Positions 13,448-24,266 of a stretch of 64,000 nt of DNA are shown here, one piece after another. Under the pieces are notes generated by a model that saw only the letters and a list, made by a program, of their open reading frames with translations, was not told the origin of the DNA and searched no databases. Within the stretch, counting starts at the first letter, position 1. Each line of letters opens with the position of its first letter. The DNA is from Octopus vulgaris (taxonomy: Eukaryota), in the NCBI GenBank assembly GCA_951406725.2, contig OX597820.1:91698001-91762000 (forward strand). The letters run 5' to 3'. The position numbers and the translations under genes are program-made.

Positions 13448-13969
13448 GTGTGCATGCGTATGAATATAGTGTGTAGACATTTAATATCGATAAACACATA
13501 CACACAATTGTGTGTACGTATGTATGTTTTTATGTATACAATCATATGTATATTAGAAAGAGGAAATTATATTTTCATCAGTAAACGATATGGGTATTAG
13601 ATGTAAATAAGACATTCAGACAGTTTCAAATTTCTAATATATTCTGTACGCTTTCTTTATATTCCACTTATTATTGCAATAGAGGGTGCAATGTGGCCGA
13701 ATTAGATGGAAGCCGTCTGGAGCAAATGTCATTTTTTTTAGCCTTCATTTGTGTGTGGAATTAGGTTGACGCCAACCGTACACTTCGTTCGGGTAGATTG
13801 TAACTCTAATTCAAGAACGTACATCCTAGCCACATATTGTGTCTTCTAATTCTATAGAATTACGTTAATACTACATATGGTTATGGGAATGAGTAGTCGC
13901 TTGCATTAATTTAGTTGATCAGCCACATAAGATCTCTACGTTTGACGGAAGTCAACCACCTCCAATATT

Positions 13970-14202
13970 TTCTTTTACTACCCACAAGGGGCTAAACATA
14001 GAGAGGACAAACAAGGACAGACAAGCGGATTAAGTCGATTATATTGACCCCAGTGTGTAACTGGTACTTAATTTATCGACCCCGAAAGGATGAAAAGCAA
14101 AGTCGGCCTCGGCGGAATTTGAACTCAGAACATAGCGGCAGACGAAGCAGCTAAGCATTTCACCCGGCGTGCAAACGATTCTGCCAGCTCGCCGCCCTTC
14201 AT
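13970..14202 (-). mobile_element. SINE family B, tail 1, with 14-bp TSD
   Basis: Full head-body-tail. Direct repeat CCACCTCCAATATT at 13956-13969 and 14203-14216. Confidence 0.9.
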
Positions 14203-14675
14203 CCACCTCCAATATTGACAAATATATTTTGCTGAATGCGTATTGTAGAAACCGGAGAGAACCGCCTTTCAATCTATTTATGTTACTATCTGCAGACATT
14301 AATAATTAATATATGTTATTTAATAATTGTCCAGTAAGAACATCTGGCAAATGATAAACGTTAATTTTAATTACTTCTTTCATGTTATTGTGAGATAATT
14401 ATAGTTCTTTAGATTGATAATATGTTTGTAAATATGTATATGTATACATCCACACACACTTACACATGCTTACATATAAGGCCGCATATATCTAAATAAA
14501 TATACGAGTACGAGTGAGTGGACAAATGAAAGACGGGTACTCAACTAATTTATTGGTAGTTACATGTATGTATCAAAACAGTTTGATTCAAATTCATTCT
14601 TACATTTCAGTTTCTAACGTGATGCTAATCGGTAGCCATTTTGAATTTGAATGACAGAAGTTGATTGTAATTACC

Positions 14676-14908
14676 TATTTCTTTATTACCCACAAGGGGC
14701 TAAACACAGAGGGGACAAACAAGGACAGACATAGGTATTAAGTCGATTACATCGACCCCAGTGCGTAACTGGTACTTAATTTATCGACCCCGAAAGGATG
14801 AAAGGCAAAGTCGACCTCGGCGGAATTTGAACTCACAACGTAACGACAGACGAAATACCGCTATGCATTTCGCCCGGCGTGCTAACGTTTCTGCCAGCTC
14901 GCCGCCTT
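14676..14908 (-). mobile_element. SINE family B, tail 1 (well-preserved copy)
   Basis: Sense strand reads GGCGGCGAGCTGGCAGAAACGTTAGC..GAGTTCAAATTCC (B box)..CCCCTTGTGGGTAATAAAGAAATA. Confidence 0.9.
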
Positions 14909-15120
14909 GACCGAACAGGTGGGCTGCGATTGGTCGAGGAAGGTGTCGTGGTTTCATGTTGGTATATGGGTAAGAGTTAGTTGTAAAATACTGAATGGCG
15001 AACAGGAAATGGACTGGGTGGAGGAAAGGAAATAAAGCACGTAGTGATTATAAATCAGTCAGGTTGTTGGTGTGGGGTACTAAAGGCAACATATGCAAAT
15101 ATATAGTTCTATATGTAAAT

Positions 15121-15327
15121 AATCGGTGGACCCGGGCAGTTGTCGAGTGGTACCCGCGTGAGCAGAAACTACCGCTCGGAAGGCCTCCACGACGGTGGAG
15201 TTACGATTTCAGGAGGACGATTGGGATCATGTGGATGACAAAGGCGCTATCCAGAGGAGTTAACAGCGTGCTGTGACCAGCGGTGTCAAATGGACGCCCG
15301 ACGAACTGGTCGGTCAAGGTCAAGCTG
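15121..15327 (+). mobile_element. 5'-truncated RTE-clade LINE 3' end
   Basis: NRWTRAVVEWYPREQKLPLGRPPRRWSYDF is the RTE C-terminal WxPRxxKRxxGRPxxRWxD motif. Possible 8-bp TSD ATGTAAAT at 15113-15120 / 15328-15335. Confidence 0.8.
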
Positions 15328-16500
15328 ATGTAAATGTGCAGACGCACTCATATAGATTTGTGTGAATATGTATATTGATACGAGTTTGCGCATCTCTACA
15401 TGGGCTCGCACGCGCACGTCTGCAAATATACACACAGGCACATGCACACATGTGCTTCGCCGAACACGCACGAGGACAGAGCGCCACCATATTCATCCGG
15501 TTCCCCCCTAACTGCTAGCTCTGCCCCCGCGAAAAACTGCATATCCTCCAACAACCCTCAGTATCCATTAACAAGAAATATGATTTATGGAATTGCTGTA
15601 ACCAGAGATACGCTCTTCTGACAAATTTCAGGTCCCTGGCTGGCGACAACCTGGATATACCACTTTAGTCTCAGCTGCTACACTAGGCCGCCTGCACCAA
15701 GGTCTCCTGTACCAAGCAATCTCATGACCAGGACCGCCATTTACTAATCCCCAAAGTTTACCAACTCCAAACGCAAACCAGTCCCCAAGACATACACATT
15801 CCCAACGCTTACCAATGCCCAAATTTACTTTCCGCTTGTATACTCGCGCACACGCGCAAGCAAGTGCAAATGTGCACGCGCATGGGTGTATGTGCACACA
15901 CTGGTAGGCATGCTTACATTCCTGCGAATATACATCTGTATATATGAATGAATACACATGTGTGTCTATGGGTGTATGTGTGTGCATGTGTGCGTATGCC
16001 TATGTATGTGTGTGCGTGTGCTCGTGTGCGTGTTCGTCCAAGCGTGTGTGTTAATGTGTGTGCGTGTGTGCAGACGTGCGCGTGTGAACCTATGTACAGA
16101 TGCGCACACTCGCATCAATATACACAAGCACGCAAAAATATATGGGCGCGTCTGTAAACCTACATATAGAACTATATCCTTGCACATGCAGCTCCTTCTT
16201 ACACCCCTTCCTCGAAAAACCCAACCGATTTTTAGTCGCCATGTCCTCTATTTCCTGCTCACCATGTTGTTAATTTCCTCTTTGCCATGCAGTATTTTAC
16301 AATTAACTTTTACCCACCCTTATACCACGATGAAACCACGACACCGCGTGAGCTTCCTCGACCAGGCCAACTTTATGGTAATAAGAATCAACTTCTGTCA
16401 TCCAAATTGGAAATGGCTGACGACTAGCATCATGCTTGAAACTCAAGCGTAGTAAGATATTTGAATCAAAGTGTTTCCTTTCCATATATATATATATATA

Positions 16501-16752
16501 TATATAATATAATTCGAGACAAAACCACTATTTTAAAACCAAACAAGAAAAGACTTAATCAATATATAAAATTTTAATATAAAATATTTATTTAATTTAT
16601 ATTAAAATTTTATGTATTGATTAAGTCTTTTCTTGTTTGGTTTTAAAATAGTGGTTTTGTCTCGAATTATATTATATAATATTTTACTATAAAATTGGAT
16701 TTAACCCTAAATCTGATTTTTCCCTGTAATTTTGGATTCATTCCCTAATATT

Positions 16753-16757
<5 letters not shown>
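16501..16757. repeat. Fold-back insertion within (TA)n: 83-bp inverted repeat plus unique tail
   Basis: Arms 16501-16583 and 16596-16678 with one mismatch and a 12-bp spacer. (TA)n on both sides. Confidence 0.85.
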
Positions 16758-16829
<72 letters not shown>

Positions 16830-16830
16830 A

Positions 16831-16980
16831 TGGCATATGGCATAGTGGTTAAGAGCGCGGGCTACTAATCCCAAGATTACGAGTTCGATTCCAGGCAGTG
16901 ACCTGAATAATAATAATACTACTACTAATAATAATAATAACATCGAAAAATTCCTTAGGAACGAGAACCCAGGTTCGAAA
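16831..16980 (+). mobile_element. tRNA-headed SINE family D, 3'-truncated
   Basis: TGGCATAGTGG (A box), GTTCGATTCC (B box), internal (AAT)n, then aacatcgaaaaat..cttagga..gagaacccaggttcgaaa. Homologous to 30062-30286. Confidence 0.8.
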
Positions 16981-17539
16981 TGGATTATAGGAAATGTGAG
17001 CAACATATGTTTCATAGCGAGTAAAACCTCATAAGTGATAAAATCCAAGTGAGTTTTAAAAAATAGAATACAAAATAGATTGGAATTATTCTTTATTATC
17101 GCATAGGAGGATTAACACAGATGGGGATGGCAATACAATGATAAGTAATAGAAGAACGGAAGTAAGAAGAGAAAGAGAAATAAATAAATAAAATAAAATA
17201 ATTTTTTAAAAAATAGAATACAAAATAGAGGAATGAGAGAAAGGGGGATGTGGACGGGTCGGTGTGGTAGATAATATAGTAGTTTTAGATTAATCATCTC
17301 AGAATTCAGTTGAGGGATTGGCATGTGAAGTGAAGGGAAATTGGAGAAGAGATGGTGGGGGTGAAATATTTTGGGTCACAGGGGACAAAAGAAAATGTCT
17401 GAATAAAGTAAGATGGAATGGGGTGTTTAAGTAAGGCTAGTCGTTTCATGGTCAAAAGGCGTAAATTTATGTTAACGGGTGGCAAGGGTAAGTGTGGGAA
17501 GGGGCAGAAATGTAAGGAGAGAATAATATTTTAGGTATT

Positions 17540-18990
17540 TATTTCTTTATTACCCACTAGGGGCGACACAGAGGTGAACACCAAAAGACATGGGGACATA
17601 GAACATTTATAATTAAAATTTATGAAAAATGAATTGTTAAGTGAAAGAAAATGATATTATGAAAGCGATACCAACGGCCCCATCCGTCAGCATCACTTAC
17701 CTGTCCTTTGTTTTTCATCGTCCCTTGAATGTTCTTTGCCAATACGAATAAATTCCATATCCATTCTTACTCCGAAATACTCATCCATATTTTCCACGAA
17801 TTCATCGCTCATTCTTATATCTTTCACCTCCCAATTCTCCCTTTCACACCTCACCACAAACTCATATATGTTCTTCTTTTCAATCACAGCATACCTAGTC
17901 TCACCAACTTCATACCATTTATACTCTTCCATTAGACTTTTAACTTCTTTCTGTTCAGTCATAGTACAAATGTACGGCCTGATATCGAATTCAATCTCTT
18001 GTCTGTGTGTATTCTCTTTTTTTTTCTTTTGTTTTCTTGTTGGGGGGGAGCGGGTGGGTTCAATGTCTGCATGGATAGGGTGGGACTCAGAGGGTGTGGG
18101 TGGTTTTGGGGTAGATTGGTGTTCCATGTTATTTTCTTTTCCTCGCATTCTTCTCTTCCTCTTATTTCCAACTTCCTTCCATTTCTGTGTATTCTCTTCC
18201 TCTTCTACTGTCTCCTTCTCCTCTGGTTTCTGCTTCTCTCTCTCTGGTTCGGAAGCCATTTCTTTCCCTGGGGGAGGGCAGAAGGCTCTTATGTGACCCC
18301 TCAGGCCACACTTGTAACAACGTGGAGCTCTGCCCTCCACCCACACTCTCATGATCACGTCTCCCAATCTGATGCTTTCCGCCAGGTCCACCAGTACCTC
18401 GTTCTCCGCCTGTACGTTCAGCTCCACTGTTACGCCTCTCCAGCCCTCGGACTTAACCGAGGCATGGAGAATATCCACTTCGTCCTCGTGGCCGCTGATC
18501 ACAGCCGCCACAATCCACTCTGCCTCCACGTTTGGTGGCACTCCCTCCACCCTTATTCGTGTAATCCTTCTGTTTAAATACGTAGGTAACAGTGTTACCT
18601 TTTCTGACTTCACCGCCTTCGCCGCCATCTTCCTCGCTGCAGACTCACTTTTAAAATGCACAACTACTGTGCCGTACTTGGATCCTCGAGTCAGAAAATA
18701 AATTTCCTCCTCAGTTCTTCTCAGGGCTTCCTCTATCCATTCCATGGTTACAACTTCTACCCTCTTCCTTTCGTTTGCGAACACCCTGTAAATAATGGTC
18801 CTCTTATCATACCATTCTTTTCTCCTGGGTGTCGGTGATAGTTCCACCTCACTGCTTTCCTTTTTCATGTATTTCTGGTAACTTGGTAGCTTGGCCAAGT
18901 CGACCCCTTTCTCTTCCGCCTTCTTGGTTACACCGGCGTAGGTATATCCCAGCTTCTCGTCCAATTTCCTTGCTGCCATTTCTAGCTCAG
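17540..18990 (-). mobile_element. ORF1-only (HAL1/Half-L1-like) non-LTR retroelement with 15-bp TSD
   Basis: Direct repeat AATATTTTAGGTATT at 17525-17539 and 18991-19005 brackets 11 nt of leader, the ORF and a ~150-nt 3' UTR ending CCCCTAGTGGGTAATAAAGAAATA. No RT or endonuclease. Confidence 0.85.
17693..18979 (-). CDS. L1/Tx1-type ORF1p (gag-like): RRM-like region, one CCHC zinc knuckle, charged linker, unknown C-terminal domain; 428 aa, intact
   Basis: CYKCGLRGHIRAFC (CX2CX4HX4C, 18278-18319). RNP-like YGTVVVHF and IRVEGVPP. WKEVGNKRKRR basic motif. Uninterrupted frame with higher GC than the flanks. Confidence 0.85.
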   Translation of the reverse strand: MAARKLDEKLGYTYAGVTKKAEEKGVDLAKLPSYQKYMKKESSEVELSPTPRRKEWYDKRTIIYRVFANERKRVEVVTMEWIEEALRRTEEEIYFLTRGSKYGTVVVHFKSESAARKMAAKAVKSEKVTLLPTYLNRRITRIRVEGVPPNVEAEWIVAAVISGHEDEVDILHASVKSEGWRGVTVELNVQAENEVLVDLAESIRLGDVIMRVWVEGRAPRCYKCGLRGHIRAFCPPPGKEMASEPEREKQKPEEKETVEEEENTQKWKEVGNKRKRRMRGKENNMEHQSTPKPPTPSESHPIHADIEPTRSPPTRKQKKKKENTHRQEIEFDIRPYICTMTEQKEVKSLMEEYKWYEVGETRYAVIEKKNIYEFVVRCERENWEVKDIRMSDEFVENMDEYFGVRMDMEFIRIGKEHSRDDEKQRTGK

Positions 18991-19548
18991 AATATTTTAG
19001 GTATTAAGTAAAAATACGCATAGAAAATAATAATTGATGATTAAGGAATTGAAAAAGGTGAAAAAATATTGTTGGTTTAGTACGTAGAGGTAGTGAGTGG
19101 ACGAGTAGGAAAAAGAATATATTAAGACAAAAGCGGGGTGGAGTAATTATTTGTGTTTCGAGAATAGATTTAATGCCCGATTTTTGCAGGTGAATATTAT
19201 ATTATACGTAATTTTACAATATAGTTCAAGAACATTTTCACATCCAAACACTCACTTACTATTTCACTGATGTAAACGAGTTTAGAAATTTAGTAATCGT
19301 CAACAATTCAAATTTGCAACACTAATGAACGAATATGAATACAGTGATAGACTGGAATTTCATCTTGAAATAAGTTACTGGCATCTATTTCGTTTTTCAT
19401 CAAAACATACACACATATACACACTTGCATATTTATGTGTGTGTGTTTGTGAATACATAAATACTAAAGTGAAGTAGAAACTGAAAAATCATAGTTAAAT
19501 AAAAATTTGTGAGAATCACACATAACCATACATAAAACTCCAGAAATA

Positions 19549-20068
19549 CCGTAAATCCTCGAGTATAATCCGTATTTTTTCCTAAAATTTAAAGGTCAAA
19601 ATCCCTCGTGCGTGCTATATACGAGGTTAAAAATGAAAAATATTTTCTAAGCAATGTTCGAGTCTCTATTTGCTGTCCGGCAATGTTTATTCAGACGCAT
19701 TTTGTAACGTCTTGCATGAAAACACCTTAAGCTAAGCCTGAAAGCAATGAAGTCATAAAAGAATCATCCATAACTTGCAATAAGCAACATTTATTAAAAT
19801 AAAAGTATTCAGAACACAGAATAACATGTAACAAAAACAATTGCAAACATATTTACATTCCCATATAACAGTTAAGAACATCACCATTATTGCATTACGC
19901 ATGCGCGGAAGTGCTTGTTCGACTAGGTGCTGCTGGCTTAACTACGCACAACTCAAGTTAGAGAAGTGGTGCGTATTATACACAAGGTTTAGGCTTTTCA
20001 GATGTACAACCTCCTAAAAATCCCCTGCGTATTATACCCAAGGGCGGACTATACTCGAGGATTTACGA
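19549..20068. mobile_element. Pogo/Tigger-like MITE (non-autonomous Tc1/mariner superfamily)
   Basis: 24-bp TIRs CCGTAAATCCTCGAGTATAATCCG / CGGACTATACTCGAGGATTTACGA (22/24). TA dinucleotide on both sides. Subterminal repeats of GCGTATTATAC type. Confidence 0.85.
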
Positions 20069-22289
20069 TATACATAAACATTCAGAGAGTCTTATTTTTT
20101 AAAAATAGTATGCACATGCGCTCGTACAAACTCAAAAACGCCCACACATTCGCATATGGCTTCTTAATAAACAGTAAGACACATAAGAATTACCATAGTT
20201 CGGCTTTGAACATAAAGCTTATAAAATATAGAAACACTTCTAGTTTGCAAAGATATCCAAAATATTTTATTTATATTTTATAATAAAACTAATTTCATGC
20301 CACGCAGTACGATAAAGTGAATCATCATGGATACAAATTTTGTAACATTTCCCTTCCATGCCAAAAACAATAATTAAATGCTATGAGTCCTATAAAAATA
20401 TGATATACACGCATATTAATTGATGGTAAAAAATTTTAGATCATTTCATGGATTAGATTGTGTAGCTTTTTTTTAAGCTTTTCCCTTTCTTTTTTTGCAT
20501 TTTCTAGCTGGTTGGTTTATACCATATATTGTTTTCTACGAAAGAATGCCTAAGCTTCTTAAATTTTAATTCTCTACACAATACCAATAAAATAGTCAAA
20601 TAAAAATATAGTCTAAAGTCTTTCTGTTCTGTATTTTAATGACATTAATTTATAATATAAGAGATTATGTTATTTTAATGTTATTTGAAGTCCATACAGA
20701 CCAAATTGTCAGACTCATGTCACATCACGTCAAATTCCTCTAACCGTTCTAGTCCCCACAAATAACGTTGAACTCTTCTTCTTTATTACTTTTTCTTTAA
20801 TATCTACCCTGAGATTTAGGTTGTGTAGAAAGCACCTTCCAAATATTTAAGATACTTGTTTCTTTAAAATATTGGTAATATTAACATTTTCTAAAAATAG
20901 ATGCAAGTTTGAATGTATTCTAAATTTTCTATTTGTATATATATACGTTTCTATTTTGTTGATAAAATATAAATATTGAATTAATGATAGAGATTGTTTG
21001 GAATTATACTTTAAAATATATCTCCTTTTCCAAAATGTTAGAAAGAAAATATTGTCCAAAGAAACACGTCATATAATTGATCTTTACCACTGTCATTTTA
21101 ACACTTTCGACATCAATTCAACCGAGAAATCTCATTGTTTCTTAAAATTTTTAGGTAATTAAAATATTCTTTCATACTTTCATGTAATAACGTTTTGTTG
21201 GCTTATATATCAAACATCGGTTTGATAATAAAATTATAATTATAACGCAAAAATTTTCCTGTAAAGCTTTATTATTATTATCAAACTTGAGACACTTACG
21301 CTATATATTCCAAGAAGCATGAATTAATAATTCATGTGTGCATTATGTGCAGTTCTGTTTTTGATGTCTAAGTCTTTGATTTTGATATCTTAAGAATTCA
21401 TTGGATTCATTTAATCTACTTAACGGCCAGTGAACTTGGTAGAGCATCGACAGGCTTTCCATTAGCTGTTAGATTATATAGGGGAAATAAAACATTTTCC
21501 CCAGAGGAATATATTGGTAAAATGTATATAAGTATTGCATGAAACTTTTGATTCAAAATTTTTATATTTTCAAATAATGAGTTTCAAATTGTACTATCGG
21601 TTTTAGTGGAATTTCAAACGTTGTTCCCAAGATATATAACAATATTTAGTTATCGTATATTATCGACATGTCTAGCATTTCTTCAGGATCTACCTCTACC
21701 TGATCGACATTCTCATTTACTCTAATGAAAAATGAATATGAAAATGTGAAGCTATTTAATTGAAAATGGTTATTAGATTGTTATTCATCAGTATCTTCAA
21801 ACCTTTTTACCAAATCTACTTAGACAGTAAACAATTGTTTGCCGAATGTTTATTGAGATGTAAAATAGGTGTCTCACGCTAAATAAAGCAGTGGTATTAA
21901 TGCAGTTGGTATCTTTTGAGTAAAATTAAATTCACCATATCTGTAGACAAAATCATAAATTTATTTTACCACTGAGAGAGAATTCTTGTAAATTATACGA
22001 ACCGCGGCAGGTTATTAAAGTAATAAATATTAAATGTATTCGTACGTTCATTGTATGAACTTCTTTCTATTTCTTGTCCATTATGATAGCATTAATAAGA
22101 TTATGTGGGATTTTAAATTATGATATTAAACGCAGTAAGTTATATTATTTAAATTTACGATGTTGTCCCTTCATTACATTGCAAAACGCTGGTTGAAGTA
22201 GGACTGTTTACGAAATGGAACTTCCTTACTGTGTATGTATGCGTGTGTGTCTGTGCATGTGTGTATATGTATATACACACACACACACA

Positions 22290-23262
22290 CCATCCTACCC
22301 CAAAAAATTCTTTAAACAACACATCTATTTTCGCCACCCTGGAACCATTCAAAAACATCCCCCACACACACGCAGACGCTTGTATACGTGTGTGTGCACG
22401 CACACAGGGGCACACACACTCACACCAGTCTCACCTCCATACAGGCACATATATACACACGCAGCACCATGTCAAATGCCATCCACACTCATGCATGCGT
22501 ACACACGCACGCACACACGCACACACGCACGCGCACACACACGCACACACAACACCATGACAACCACACACACTTGACAAACAGACGCCATCTGACCAAA
22601 TACTACAGACACACAGACACATCTATTCACACACACGCAGAGAGACACACATATTCACATCATCCTAACCCCAAAATCATTGATGCTTGAAGGAAAGCCA
22701 AAAACAGAAAAAAACGGGTACATCTTTCTCAATTCTACATTTCTGCTAAAACGGACAGGTCAGTAAACAAACTCGCCTTGAATTCATAATATTCTGTACT
22801 GACCCTGAGATGTATAATATATATATTTTAATCTTTTCTGCCCATTTTTTCAAATATTCTCATCATACTGTTGTACTTTCTTATGTCCTTAACATGTCCC
22901 TGTTACCAAAGACTGTATATATACATGTAATGTGGCAATTTGCAACAACCAATAATTAACGCAACCAAACTTCCAATAATATATTTGTTTTATTCTTTTC
23001 TGCCCATTTTTTCAAATATTCTCATCACACTGTTGTACTTCTTTATGTACTTAACATGTCCCTGTTACCAAAGACTGTATATACACATGTAATGTGGCAA
23101 TTATGTAAAAAATGTTTTTGAATTCATAATATTCTATGTTACTTTTGACAATTTTTTCCAAAGAGTGAAACCGGTTAAGTAAATAAACATCTTTTAAATT
23201 GCATTTTCAAACCTTCTTTCGTATATAATTCCACTCGTGCGATACCCCACAAGTCAACTTTG
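22290..23262 (+). mobile_element. Non-coding Penelope-like 3' UTR/pLTR element (copy 1), CA-rich, ending in (TA)n
   Basis: Homologous in inverted orientation to 28113-29125. Internal ~110-bp direct repeat (22830-22941 / 22992-23102). Hammerhead motif near the 3' end. Confidence 0.7.
23139..23182 (+). ncRNA. Minimal type I hammerhead-like motif, U3-A8 variant
   Basis: ttactt TTGACAA tttttt cc aaaga gt GAAA CCGG TT aagtaa. Perfect 6-bp stem I and palindromic ACCGGT stem III. Confidence 0.6.
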
Positions 23263-23320
<58 letters not shown>

Positions 23321-23323
<3 letters not shown>

Positions 23324-23670
23324 TAAACATAAATTCAGAATGCATTCTATATCGAGTGAAAAAACGGTATGGACGATTTGTTTCGGAGTCTAATAATACC
23401 ATGTACGCCTATGAAGATTTACAAACATACTTTCCCAATGATACTCGGTTTACCTACCATTATAAACAATACCAAATGTTTTTTCTCAAACCTTTCATAA
23501 TGTGAACCAAGTCTTTGGTGTAGCAATTGCACGCGGCTGAAGAAGGCTTTTGATCTATCTGTTATATCGAATATGCATTGATGTAAGAATAAGTTGTTCT
23601 ATAAAGCCCGAAACATATGTACCGCAACACCCTTTGCGTCCTGTTTTTCATTTATTTCATTTGATACATA
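23321..23670 (+). mobile_element. Short non-coding hammerhead-bearing element between TA tracts (PLE pLTR-like / retrozyme-like)
   Basis: Unique ~350 bp bounded by (TA)n and TA/CA-rich repeat, containing a canonical hammerhead core. Confidence 0.55.
23533..23625 (+). ncRNA. Type I hammerhead ribozyme with enlarged loop II
   Basis: gcgg CTGAAGA a GGCTTT..(52 nt)..AAAGCC c GAAA C ATAT G TA ccgc. Stem I GCGG/CCGC, 6-bp stem II, palindromic ACATATGT stem III, GUA cleavage triplet (A at 23621). Confidence 0.75.
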
Positions 23671-23774
23671 TATACATAAACATATATATATATACATATA
23701 AATTTATACACACAGACACATATATATGTATATACATATGTATATATGTATGAATGCATACATAAATACATATG

Positions 23775-24162
23775 TTTTTTGGCTACATGTTTCAATCATT
23801 AGATCGTGGTTATACTGGGCCACAGCCTTGAAGAATCTCAACCGAATGATTCGATGTCACTACTAATGATTTTCTAAGGTCTGGTACTTATTTTATCTGG
23901 ATCGTTTGCCAAACTGTTGTTACGGCGACATAAACACACAAACGCCGCGTGTCAAGTAGTGGTGGGAGGAAACAAAGACGCAAAGAATCACACATACAGT
24001 TGTATATAGATATGTATACGATGGCTTCTTTAATTTTCCGTTTACCAAATGGTATCAAAAGATCTTGATCGGCCCGAGACTTTAGTAGAAGTGGGACTGA
24101 ACAAAGTGGGACTGAACCCTGAACCGTGTGGGTAGAAATCAAATTCTTACCACACAGCCGCT
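23775..24162 (-). mobile_element. SINE family A, degenerate
   Basis: gtttcaatcatt..acacaca..gtcaag..tacgatggcttct..gtgggactgaaccc..cttaccacacagcc, collinear with 27640-28056. Confidence 0.75.
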
Positions 24163-24229
24163 ATCTATACATATACATACAAAAATATTTGTAGACATAA
24201 ACTCATATCTATCTATTTACCTGTCCATC

Positions 24230-24266
<37 letters not shown>

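Noticed and set aside
15480-16450. Possible Penelope remnants (NMIYGIAV, VSFLD, CTGACGA..GAAAC)
   Set aside because: The motifs are isolated, in non-canonical order and lack stem I. Too degraded to annotate as a feature.
17729-19011. Plus-strand ORFs of up to 192 aa overlapping ORF1
   Set aside because: Antisense shadows of a purine-rich, GC-richer coding strand, with no recognisable motifs.
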